Under the pieces are notes generated by a model. The model made no database searches, was not told where the DNA came from, and saw only the letters and a list, made by a program, of their open reading frames with translations. Source: an uncultured delta proteobacterium (GTDB lineage Bacteria; Desulfobacterota; Binatia; UBA9968). Taken from it: a DNA stretch of 64,000 nt. Location of the stretch: contig CAVSHR010000004.1 in NCBI GenBank assembly GCA_963727625.1, positions 896,001-960,000 of the forward strand. Direction: 5' to 3'. Shown here in pieces: positions 20,056 through 28,840 of the stretch. Numbering within the stretch: position 1 is the first letter of the stretch; the number at the start of each line of letters is the position of its first letter. A program made the translations under genes and the position numbers.

Positions 20056-20906
20056 ATCATCGCGCGCACCTTGGCGCTCACGTAATCGACCGCCGCCACC
20101 ATGACGAACAGAATCATGAGAATCGTCAGCACCTCGTTGAAATTGAACATGCGCATGGAAATCTCAATCTGCTGGCCCAAGCCCCCCGCGCCGACCAGGC
20201 CAAGAATCGCCGACGCGCGCACCGCGCATTCCCAACGGTATAAAGTGTAGGAGACGAAATTTGGCAGGGCTTGGGGAAACCAGCCGTAGAAAAAAATTTG
20301 CAGCTTGTTGGCGCCGACGGCCTGCAGCGCCTCGAGCGGGCGGTGATTGACCGCTTCGAAAATTTCAGAATATACCTTGCCGAGCATACCGCCGTAAGCG
20401 ACACCGATCGCCAGCACGCCCGGAAACGGCCCCAGTCCGACAGCGCGCACGAACATAAATGCCCAGACAAACTCGGGGATACAGCGAAACAGGCTAAGGA
20501 CGCCGCGCGCGAAAGCATAGGCAGCGTAGCGCATCCCCTTGCGCAGCGGCGTTCCCTGCAACTCCGCTTCATTGAGGATGCCCCGAACGGTCAGCGTATT
20601 GGTGCCGAGCAAGCCGAGCGGAAAGCCAATCAGCACGGCGATGAGAATGCCCCAAAAAGAGATTTGAATGGTTTCCAGGGTCGGTCGCAGCATGAGCGAC
20701 AAAAAACTGCCGGAAAGCTCCGGCGGAAACATTCCGGTAATGAATTTTCCCAACGCCGCTCTGCCGCGCGGCTCGAAGAAAATCATCGGATCGACACCAG
20801 CCCGCCGCCAGCTTTCGACCACGGCGAAAATGAAGAGCCCGATAAAAACGTAAGGGAAAAGAGACTTATCCGACTGACGGATAGGCGACTGGACCGATTC
20901 TTTCAC
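20052..20906 (-). CDS. PhnE/PtxC family ABC permease
   Basis: RCIPEFVWA, GMLGKVYSE, YRWECAVR. GTG start at 20906 assumed. Confidence 0.9.
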   Translation of the reverse strand: MKESVQSPIRQSDKSLFPYVFIGLFIFAVVESWRRAGVDPMIFFEPRGRAALGKFITGMFPPELSGSFLSLMLRPTLETIQISFWGILIAVLIGFPLGLLGTNTLTVRGILNEAELQGTPLRKGMRYAAYAFARGVLSLFRCIPEFVWAFMFVRAVGLGPFPGVLAIGVAYGGMLGKVYSEIFEAVNHRPLEALQAVGANKLQIFFYGWFPQALPNFVSYTLYRWECAVRASAILGLVGAGGLGQQIEISMRMFNFNEVLTILMILFVMVAAVDYVSAKVRAMI

Positions 20907-21696
20907 TCGCTCCCTCGACGCTGGAGTGATCGCGGAAATTGCCGGAGTACAAATCCTCGAGCATCGCATCCGTGATCTTGTCAGGCGCGAGATCGAAGGC
21001 TATCTTGCCCGCTTTTATACCAATGACGCGGGGGAAATAGGCCAGGGCCAGGTCGACGCTGTGAAGACTGACGATCAGTGTTTTCGCGGTGTTTTGGCTG
21101 ATTTCGATCAACAACCGAACGATGGTTGTGGCCAGCGTGGGATCGACCGAAGAAACCGGTTCATCGGCGAGAACCACCTCAGGACCTTGCATCAACACCC
21201 GGGCGATCGCGACCCGTTGCTGTTGCCCGCCGGACAGCTCGTCGGTGCGCTCGAAAAGTTTCTCACCGATGCCAACCCGGCTGAGCGCTTCGTGGGCCAG
21301 CGTCACATTCGCAGGTTTCACCAAAGACCACAGCGAACGGAGTGTCGACCAGCCGCCCAGTTGCCCGGCCAGGACGTTGTGAATCACGCGCAGGCGGGGC
21401 ACGAGATTGTGCTGCTGGTATACACTGCCGATAAGACGGCGCGTGCGCCGCAAATCCTTACCGTGCAGCGCTTGTACATCTTCCCCGCTGATCCAGAGCT
21501 TCCCCGAGGTCGGCCTTAACGTACAATTTAGCAGGCGAAACAGTGTAGTCTTACCGGCACCGCTCGGTCCGATCAGAGCGACGCGCTGGCCTTTGGCGAT
21601 CTCAACACTGACGCCATCGAGGGCAACTTGATGGCGGCCAAACAGCTTGCGGACGTTTTCTAAGCGATACTGGAACTTCGATGGCAATGGACTCAC
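20866..21696 (-). CDS. PhnC family ABC ATP-binding protein
   Basis: GPSGAGKTT, LSGGQQQRVAIAR, LADEPVSSVDP. Confidence 0.93.
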   Translation of the reverse strand: MSPLPSKFQYRLENVRKLFGRHQVALDGVSVEIAKGQRVALIGPSGAGKTTLFRLLNCTLRPTSGKLWISGEDVQALHGKDLRRTRRLIGSVYQQHNLVPRLRVIHNVLAGQLGGWSTLRSLWSLVKPANVTLAHEALSRVGIGEKLFERTDELSGGQQQRVAIARVLMQGPEVVLADEPVSSVDPTLATTIVRLLIEISQNTAKTLIVSLHSVDLALAYFPRVIGIKAGKIAFDLAPDKITDAMLEDLYSGNFRDHSSVEGASERIGPVAYPSVG

Positions 21697-21699
21697 GCG

Positions 21700-22557
21700 T
21701 TATTTAAGCAACCCCGCGGCAATCGCCGCTTCTTCGATGCCCTTCCAGTCCGCATCCTTGGCGACGATGTAGCCTTTGGTCCGATGCAGATCGAGAAGTT
21801 TCTTGTCTTTCGGTTTTCTGTAGTCGAGCTTCAAAAACGCCTTGGTAATCTTGTCGACCGTCCCTTTGTCGACTCCGGCGCGCACCATCCAGACATAATC
21901 AACATAAGGAGGAGTCGTCCAGAAAATCACCACCTTTTTGGTGTCCACCTTCTTGGATTGCACCAGCTTGTCCCAAACCAGAAAATTGAGCGCGCCCGCG
22001 TCTACCTGCCCCGCTTCAACCCAAGCCGCGGTGGCGTCATGAGCGCCGCTGAAACTGAACTTGGAAAAATCCTTTTCAGGATTGATTCCGTTCTTAAGCA
22101 GATAATAACGCGGCATGAGATGCCCGGAGGTTGAGCTGACGCTGCCGAAGGCGAAGGTTTTGCCCTTGAGATCCTTCAAAGACTTGATACCGGTTTCTTT
22201 GCGGGTAATGAAATAACTTTTGAATTGCGCGTCCTCTTTGCGCATGATGATGCGGTGCGCTCCTTTGGCCTGTTTCGCTGCTTGGACGGAGGTCAAGCCG
22301 CCGTACCACACCATCTCCAAGCGATTCGCCGCCAGGCCTTCCACCGTCGCGGCGTAATCGACCACAGGGGTGAATTTCACCGGTATCCCGATCTCTTTGG
22401 TCAGATAATCCGCGAACGGCTGGTAAATCCGCAGCATTTCTTGCGGGTTTTCATCCGGGATCGCCGAAATCCGCAGCGCTTTCAAAGCTTGAGCTGAAAC
22501 GTTCTGAGTGAACAGTGCGAGCAGCAGCGCGAAACCCATTGTGAGTGTTTTATTCAT
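21700..22557 (-). CDS. PhnD-like substrate-binding protein, putative selenate-type subfamily
   Basis: Signal peptide; ISAIPDE, DYAATVE, VWYGGLT.VQA, FGS.SSTSGHLMPRY, FSGAHDAT, TPPYVDY.W. The subfamily call is by motif recognition, not a search. Confidence 0.8.
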   Translation of the reverse strand: MNKTLTMGFALLLALFTQNVSAQALKALRISAIPDENPQEMLRIYQPFADYLTKEIGIPVKFTPVVDYAATVEGLAANRLEMVWYGGLTSVQAAKQAKGAHRIIMRKEDAQFKSYFITRKETGIKSLKDLKGKTFAFGSVSSTSGHLMPRYYLLKNGINPEKDFSKFSFSGAHDATAAWVEAGQVDAGALNFLVWDKLVQSKKVDTKKVVIFWTTPPYVDYVWMVRAGVDKGTVDKITKAFLKLDYRKPKDKKLLDLHRTKGYIVAKDADWKGIEEAAIAAGLLK

Positions 22558-22611
22558 CGACAATTCCTCCAAGACTCCATCGACGGTTAATTAAACTTAA
22601 ATAACAAGAAA

Positions 22612-22642
22612 AACTATATGTCAAATAGAATTGATCTATGGA
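22612..22642 (-). promoter_or_regulatory. LysR-type operator overlapping the -35 of the ABC transporter promoter
   Basis: + strand aaCTATatgtcaaATAGaattgatCTATgga; contains TTGACA on the - strand (22619-22624); a second copy of the motif is at 25032-25062. Confidence 0.7.
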
Positions 22643-22729
22643 CCCGGACAAGTCCGGCTTCGCAACCATCGAATTGCCGATTTCAACGGCAGGAAGGGTC
22701 TGAATCCAGTCCAAAGGCGCAGAACGGTG

Positions 22730-23200
22730 CTAAGAATTTTCCCTGAGAAACGCCAAAACTTCTTGGGGATGGGCCTCGGCTTTCTTAACGGCAGGCCAAT
22801 GTTTGACGACTTCGCCCTTCGGTCCGATCACAACGGTGGAACGGATCGTGCCTTCGACTTCTTTGCCGTACATCATCTTCCGTCCCCACGCGCCGTATTT
22901 CTTCATCATTTCGGTTTTCGGGTCCGACAACAAAACGAAGGGCAGCTTGAAACTTTCAACGAACTTGTTATGCGACGCGATGCTGTCCTTGCTCACACCG
23001 AGCACGACAACACCGGACTTTTTCAAGTTCGGTGTCAGATCGCGGAACCCACAGGCTTCTTTGGCGCAGCCCGGGGTGTTGTCCTTGGGATAGAAATACA
23101 ACACCAGAGTCCTGCCCTTGTAATCGTCCAGCGAGTGTTTTTTCCCGTCGTTGCCATCGAGGCTGAACGCCGGCGCTTTTTTGCCTTCAAGATTTTTCAT
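22730..23200 (-). CDS. bcp: BCP/PrxQ peroxiredoxin (Cys form)
   Basis: [33 protein letters not shown]. Confidence 0.93.
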   Translation of the reverse strand: MKNLEGKKAPAFSLDGNDGKKHSLDDYKGRTLVLYFYPKDNTPGCAKEACGFRDLTPNLKKSGVVVLGVSKDSIASHNKFVESFKLPFVLLSDPKTEMMKKYGAWGRKMMYGKEVEGTIRSTVVIGPKGEVVKHWPAVKKAEAHPQEVLAFLRENS

Positions 23201-23337
23201 CGGTATTTAATTCCTCCTCGATGGCTGCCGTAATTTTTCTTAGATAACGGAAATACCCGTCATGCCAACAGAGCCGGCTCGGCGTTGCCTGTCTAAAAGA
23301 GGCTCATCTGAGCCGATCCATGGGACATTCCCGGTGT

Positions 23338-23619
23338 TCATTCGGTCACGTTGACGCCACGCCAAAACGCGACGTAGTTCCTGATTCGCTGTGCCGCCTG
23401 CTTGGGCTCGGGGTAGTACCAGGCGGCGTCTTGATTCAACTGGTCGCCGACCTGCACGTGATAGTAGCTGGCCAGTCCCTTCCATGGGCAGGTCGTGTGC
23501 TTGTCGCTGGGACGAAAAAGGTCTCGCTTCACCGAGTTCGGCGGAAAATAGTGATTGCCCTCCACTTGAAGGGTTTGATCAGACTCTGCCAAGACCGCCC
23601 CGTGCCAAATTGCCTTCAT
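23338..23619 (-). CDS. DUF427 domain protein
   Basis: MKAIWHGAVLAES...VEGNHYFP...CPWKG.ASYY...AAWYYPEPK. Confidence 0.9.
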   Translation of the reverse strand: MKAIWHGAVLAESDQTLQVEGNHYFPPNSVKRDLFRPSDKHTTCPWKGLASYYHVQVGDQLNQDAAWYYPEPKQAAQRIRNYVAFWRGVNVTE

Positions 23620-23648
23620 TTGATTCTCCTCCCAAGGTCCGACGACTG

Positions 23649-25005
23649 CTATGAGACACAGCGAAACTTTGCAAAGACATAGGGATAATGAGCCTGATAC
23701 CAATTGCGGAAGCTTGGCCGCAACAAATTCGCATCCGTCGCCCAGGATGCGCCTTTGAGGACAAAATGCTTGCCGTCGAAAAAATCCCGCGAATAATCCG
23801 GATAGCTTTCAATATAGGATGAAAAGCCTGGAAAGGGCTCAAACGGCGTGTCGGTCAGCTCCCAGCCATTGCCGACCAGTTCGAGCACTCCCCAGCGGCT
23901 CGCTCCCGCCAGGCGGGAGCCAACGGGTAGCGGCGCCCAGGAAAGAAAATCAAAATTACCATGGCGAGCGCCGGGAGCTGAATTGCCCCATGGATGTTCC
24001 GACTTCCGCCCGTCGGGGCCGTAATAGGCCGCGCGGTGAAATTCTGCCTCGGTCGGCAAGCGCTTGCCCGCCCAGCGCGCATAAGCCCGGGCCTCCGCCA
24101 AGCTCACGTATACCGGCCAGCTAGCCGCCTGTTGCAGTGGAAAGCTGTCGAACATCGCACGATAAAACCATGCGCCGTCGCGCTGAAACCAACACGCGGG
24201 ACAGCGCTTTCCTTCGAGATTTTTCCAGCGCCAATCTTCCCGCCGCCAGTGGCGCGCGTCCTGGTAGCCCCCGGATGCGACAAATTCGAAAAACGTCCCC
24301 GTTGCTAACCGGTAGCGAGTCGATTTTGAATGCCGGCACGTCAACGAACCTCTCGTCGAATTCATTGTCCCAACCGAAAGATATCTCGCCGAGTTTTGCG
24401 CCCAACCTTGCGCGACCGGCGGGAATCGTGATGGCGTGCGAAAACGCCGCGGTCTGAAACGAGTACTGAGGCGCGAACTTGGCCCGTCGCTTCCGTGCCG
24501 GCGGCACTCGCTGAAGCATGTAAGCGAGCGTCTCCTGATGCATGTACTCATGCTCCAGGATCATTTGAAACACCCGCCCGTTCTGCGCCATGGGACTGTT
24601 CGATCGCGAGCCGCCGAGCGCTTCCAATGACTCCAAAATCGCCCCACGCACATGATCGCGGTACTCAAGCGTCTCCGCCAGACTCGGCCAGCTCTCCGGC
24701 ACTTCCGGGTGCCAGTGGCATTCCCCTGTGTCCACGTCCGGATCGATACCGCGGCAGAAAAGATCGTCGAAATAGGGATTGAAGGATTTCCAATGGAGCA
24801 AAGCGCCGCAAACCTGGTTCCAGGAAAACGCCGGCAGATGGCCGATATAGAATATAAACGGATGGCGCCAAACGATCGGCTGGGCCTGGATCTCGTCGGC
24901 CGGAAGCATCGCAAAGATTTTATCGGTGCGCGCCCAGGCGGCAAGAAACAGGCCGCGAAGCTCCTCCATCGTGTCAAGCACATTGCGGATAACCGGTAGT
25001 GCCAT
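23649..25005 (-). pseudogene. EgtB/OvoA/SenA-family non-heme iron enzyme (DinB_2 + FGE-sulfatase domains), 1-nt frameshift near 24294
   Basis: N part has RHPFIFYIGH and EHEYMHQET; C part has FVASGGY, EARAYARWAGKRLPTEAEF, GNGWE, KGASWAT, FRNWY. Frames switch at AAC GGG GAC G TTT TTC. Confidence 0.85.
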
Positions 25006-25031
25006 GGCCCCTCCCTTCGTAAATCGTTTTT

Positions 25032-25062
25032 AACTATTTACTAAATAGCTACAGTCTATGGA
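25032..25062 (-). promoter_or_regulatory. LysR-type operator upstream of the EgtB-like gene
   Basis: aaCTATttactaaATAGctacagtCTATgga; same spacing and conserved bases as 22612-22642. Confidence 0.7.
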
Positions 25063-25104
25063 AGAGCGCGAAGAGATTTTTTGGGGGCGACGGAATGAGG
25101 GAAT

Positions 25105-26016
25105 CTAGGCCTGTTTGAGAAACTCTCTGAAGGCTTGCGCGATCGGATGGAGCGGCCGGCGGCGATGATAGACTTCGTAAAATCCCCGTTCCATCTTCAA
25201 GCCGCGAATCGGCACTTCAACGATGCTACCCTCGGCCAGCTCGCGGCGAATGGATATGCGCGACAGAATGGAGATGCCGAAGCCGCCCATCAACGACTCC
25301 TTGACTGCTTCCGTGCTGCCCAGCTCCATCGAAATATGCAGCAACTCGGCTCGCGAGCGCCGCCCCTTGGCAAGCAGCTGATTGATCGAATCAAGGGTTC
25401 CCGAGCCATGCTCCCGCGAAATGAAGTTCTCGCTGTGTAAATCGGCGACCTCGACGAACTCCCGCAGGCACCAGTGATGGCCATGGGGAACCGCGAGTAC
25501 CATCTCATCGTCCCAAATTTTTTTGAAACAGAGTCTTTCATCGCTGCCTTTGAAACCGACAAAGCCAAGCTCGACCTTGCCCTCGAAAACGTCTTCGATG
25601 ATGCCGGACGAATCGCCGATGCGCAGTATCGGTTTCACCGCGGGATATTTTTTCGTGAACGCGCCGAGCTTTTGCGGCAACAGATACTCGCCGGGAATGT
25701 TGCTGCCGCCGATCCAAAGTTCGCCGCTGAGCGTGCCATGAAATTGCTCAACGGCGGCCATGGCTTCGCGTTTGAAGGCAAGCAGGGTTTTAGCCCGTTC
25801 CGCCAAGAGCTGCCCCAACGGAGTCAGGCTGATCCGGCCATGCAGTCGATAAAGCAGCTGGCCGCCGACGGCTTCTTCCAATTCCTGCACATGGGCGCTG
25901 ACCGTGGGCTGGCGCAAATCGAGCAGCTCGGCGGCCTGAGAAAAGCTCCGCATTTCAGCGACCCAGTAGAATATTTCTAGCTTGTGAAGATCTAAATCTG
26001 TTTTGAGCTTGGCCAT
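25105..26016 (-). CDS. LysR family regulator (CysL / selenium-metabolism-associated type)
   Basis: SFSQAAELLDLRQPTVSAHVQELE HTH; IGGSNIPGEYLLP, IGDS, FISREHGSGT, ELGSTEAVK. Confidence 0.88.
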   Translation of the reverse strand: MAKLKTDLDLHKLEIFYWVAEMRSFSQAAELLDLRQPTVSAHVQELEEAVGGQLLYRLHGRISLTPLGQLLAERAKTLLAFKREAMAAVEQFHGTLSGELWIGGSNIPGEYLLPQKLGAFTKKYPAVKPILRIGDSSGIIEDVFEGKVELGFVGFKGSDERLCFKKIWDDEMVLAVPHGHHWCLREFVEVADLHSENFISREHGSGTLDSINQLLAKGRRSRAELLHISMELGSTEAVKESLMGGFGISILSRISIRRELAEGSIVEVPIRGLKMERGFYEVYHRRRPLHPIAQAFREFLKQA

Positions 26017-26073
26017 CGAGATTGGCGCGCGGCGCGGTTTTAATCGAGGAATCGGTCTGCAACAAGAAACCGG

Positions 26074-26125
26074 GGAGCATGGCACGCACTGAACGCGCCA
26101 TGCTCCGCGGCGACAGCGTTGCCGC
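26074..26125. terminator. Two hairpins between the Sec-BCP gene and LysR
   Basis: ggagcatggc...gccatgctcc (10-bp perfect stem) next to gcggcgac-agc-gttgccgc; no clear U-tract. Confidence 0.4.
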
Positions 26126-26592
26126 TACTTGGTTAAAAACTCCAGAACCTCGGCTGGATGCGCGCCGGCATCGGTGACTGGAATCCAATGCTTCTTAATC
26201 GTGCCGTCGGGACCGATCAAGGCCGTCGAGCGAATCGTCCCGTCAGAGACTTCGCCCTGGGCATTCTTGCGCGGCCCCCAGGCTCCGTAGACTTTCATCG
26301 TGTCCTTTTGCTGGTCAGCCAAGAGCACAAACGGAAGGTTAAACTTGCTGATGAATTGATTGTGCGAATCGATGCCATCCGGGCTGACACCCACCACCAC
26401 GGTATTCGCTTTAGTCACGGTATCGATAGCGTCGCGGAACCCGCACGCTTCCTTGGTTCAGCCCGGAGTATCGTCTTTAGGATAAAACCAAAGAATCACA
26501 TTTTTGCCGGCGTAGTCGGCCAGCGAGTGTTGCTTTCCGTCGCTTCCCGCTAGTGTGAACGCCGGCGCTTTTTGTCCTTCAAGTCCTGCCAT
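26125..26592 (-). CDS. Selenocysteine-containing BCP/PrxQ peroxiredoxin (UGA at 26458-26460)
   Basis: ORFs 26458..26649 and 26125..26418 are in one frame: [22 protein letters not shown]. The UGA aligns with the peroxidatic Cys of the paralog; RBS GGAGG; 155 aa with readthrough. Confidence 0.88.
26428..26449 (-). promoter_or_regulatory. Candidate bacterial SECIS hairpin
   Basis: AGCGU-GCGG-GUU-CCGC-G-ACGCU begins 8 nt downstream of the UGA. Confidence 0.6.
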
Positions 26593-26713
26593 TTGCCACC
26601 TCCGTGTATAATTAGATGTCTGGTTTCTATCACACCGAGAAAGTATCAATCAAACATCGAGTAACCAAGAGGCGCATTGTCATCAGCGCCGGTTGCAGCT
26701 ATATTTCCCGAGA

Positions 26714-27796
26714 ATGGCAAAGCAATCGTTACTGACGGAATCGCATCGGCGATCCGGCGCGATCCTGGTCGAAAAGGATGGCTGGCTGTTGCCGGATCAC
26801 TTTGGCGACCCTAGCGCCGAATACGAATCCGTTCGCAGCGCGGCTGGCATATTCGATTTCTCACATCGCGCGCTGCTTCAATTCACGGGGGCGGATCGCG
26901 TGTCCTTTCTCCAGGGCATGTTGTCGAACGACCTCAGGCCGCTGAAAATGTTCGGCGGCCAGCTGGCCGCCGTCTTAACCCAGCAGGGCAAAGTCATCGC
27001 CGACGTCCGTGTGCTGTGCGCCTTGAATTCGCTCTATTTGGACTTCTGGGAGCCGCTCAAAGAGAAAATTACCGCGCATCTCAATCGCTACCTGGTCGCC
27101 GACGAAGTGGAGATCAACGATCCGAACGACCAGTGGAAAATGATTTCTCTGCAAGGACCGCAAGCCCGGAAAATGCTCGACCAGCTCTTGGCCCCTGCGG
27201 ATTTGCCCACCCAGCCTAATCAACATGCGATGGTCCAGTTCGATGGCGCGCCGATCTGCGTCGTGCGCGCCGATCACAGCGGCGAAGGTGGCTTTGACTT
27301 GATTTTGCAGAATGGCCAATTGGACGCTTTCGCTCGGCGGCTCAAGCAACGCGGCGCCTCGTGGGTGGGGGGGCGCGCGCAGAACATTTTGCGCATCGAA
27401 GCCGGTATCCCGCTTTACGGCAGCGACTTCAATGAGGAGAACTTGCTGCTGGAAGTCGGGCTTGAAAATTCCTATAGCTATACCAAAGGCTGTTATCTCG
27501 GCCAGGAAGTCGTCGAGCGCATTCGCTCGCGCGGCCATGTCAACAAAAAACTCTGCGGTCTATTGATCGACGGGGACAAAGCCGCCACACCCGGTGATAA
27601 AATCACGGTAGAACAAAAAGAAATCGGCGTAATCACCAGCTCGGTTGTCTCACCCAGGCTGAATCGTCCCGTGGCGCTGGGCTATATCGGCAAGGAACAT
27701 TGGACCCCGGGGACGGAAGTGTCAATCGAACGCGACGGCGTACCCTGTCACGCGAGCGTGACGGCCTTGCCGTTTCAAAGTTCCAGCTCCTCTTGA
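26714..27796 (+). CDS. YgfZ/GcvT-family folate-binding aminomethyltransferase-like protein
   Basis: G.DRVSFLQG, RIEAGIP, KGCYLGQE. Confidence 0.92.
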   Translation: MAKQSLLTESHRRSGAILVEKDGWLLPDHFGDPSAEYESVRSAAGIFDFSHRALLQFTGADRVSFLQGMLSNDLRPLKMFGGQLAAVLTQQGKVIADVRVLCALNSLYLDFWEPLKEKITAHLNRYLVADEVEINDPNDQWKMISLQGPQARKMLDQLLAPADLPTQPNQHAMVQFDGAPICVVRADHSGEGGFDLILQNGQLDAFARRLKQRGASWVGGRAQNILRIEAGIPLYGSDFNEENLLLEVGLENSYSYTKGCYLGQEVVERIRSRGHVNKKLCGLLIDGDKAATPGDKITVEQKEIGVITSSVVSPRLNRPVALGYIGKEHWTPGTEVSIERDGVPCHASVTALPFQSSSSS

Positions 27797-27857
27797 ATCC
27801 TGACTTCAAGTTCGTATAGTAAGCGGAATTTTCGCGCTGACAGAAAGGAAGCTTGAA

Positions 27858-28166
27858 ATGGGTCATTTCGTCAAAGTTTGTAACGCCGCCGAAGTCAAGT
27901 CGGGTTGCGGCAAAAGTCTCGATATCGAGGGTAAAGCCATCGGCATATTCAATGTTGACGGCAAGTTCTACGCCATTAACGACGTGTGCGGCCACCGCGG
28001 CGGGCCGTTGGGCGAAGGCGAATTGGACGGCACGACGGTCATCTGCCCCTGGCATGGCTGGCGCTACAACGTCACCACCGGGGAGAACGAATTACTGCCC
28101 AACCTGCCGACGGAAAAATACGAAGTGAAGCTCGAAGGCGACGACGTTCTGGTCGATCTACCGTAA
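27858..28166 (+). CDS. Rieske (2Fe-2S) ferredoxin
   Basis: CGHRGGPL ... CPWHGW. Confidence 0.92.
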   Translation: MGHFVKVCNAAEVKSGCGKSLDIEGKAIGIFNVDGKFYAINDVCGHRGGPLGEGELDGTTVICPWHGWRYNVTTGENELLPNLPTEKYEVKLEGDDVLVDLP

Positions 28167-28189
28167 TCTCCCAAATCGCGACTATCCAG

Positions 28190-28224
28190 AGGCCCAGGGT
28201 CCGCCGGGATCATGGGCCTTTTTT
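28190..28224 (+). terminator. Rho-independent terminator
   Basis: aggccca...tgggcct stem followed by a T-tract, between convergent genes. Confidence 0.6.
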
Positions 28225-28229
28225 GCGCT

Positions 28230-28781
28230 CTAGGCTTTCAAGAACTCATTGATGTAATCGTGCAGCGCCTCTTTGGTACTGTCAAAACCGAGTTCTTGCC
28301 AAGGTACTTCCTTCGGAGAGAAAATCGCGGCATCGGTTGATTCATCGGCGGCCGTCAATTCGCCGCCGATTACTTCTGCCGTGTAAACTACGATGACGTT
28401 GGGTGATCGGGGATAGGAATAAACGTTTAGCAATGGCCCCAGTTTCACGTCGAGCTGCGATTCCTCTTTAGTCTCGCGCACCGCGGCGTCCTGCACGCTC
28501 TCGCCGCGATCGACATAGCCGCCGGGGAAAACCCATTTGCCGAGGGCCGGCTCGACGCCACGTTTGAGCAGGACGATCCCGCCATCGAGAGTGAAAACCG
28601 TACCGGCGACAACTTTAGGATCTTGATAAAAGATGAAGGCGCAAACTTGACATACCAAACGTCTCGGCTCGTTAAGCTTAATCACGCGTAAGTCCAAACC
28701 GCCGCCGCAGCGCGGGCAAAAACGGTATTCCACATGACCGTGAGCGTGCTCCTTGTGGTGTTGATGATGGTCTGATGGCAT
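28230..28781 (-). CDS. NUDIX hydrolase with N-terminal zinc ribbon
   Basis: FCPRCG...C..C; PGGYVDRGESVQDAAVRETKEE. Confidence 0.92.
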   Translation of the reverse strand: MPSDHHQHHKEHAHGHVEYRFCPRCGGGLDLRVIKLNEPRRLVCQVCAFIFYQDPKVVAGTVFTLDGGIVLLKRGVEPALGKWVFPGGYVDRGESVQDAAVRETKEESQLDVKLGPLLNVYSYPRSPNVIVVYTAEVIGGELTAADESTDAAIFSPKEVPWQELGFDSTKEALHDYINEFLKA

Positions 28782-28840
28782 ACTTTCCCTACTAGCGCAT
28801 ATTCGTTTGAAATAAAAGGAGTTTTCTGTAAACCTGTTTT

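Noticed and set aside
19171-22557. Phosphonate utilisation (phn) operon
   Set aside because: No C-P lyase or ptxD genes adjacent; the binding-protein motifs and context fit the selenium-associated subfamily better, although this is unproven.
23201-23337. Riboswitch or small peptide between DUF427 and bcp
   Set aside because: Only a short hairpin (ggctca-tc-tgagcc) and a 33-codon frame; no recognisable consensus.
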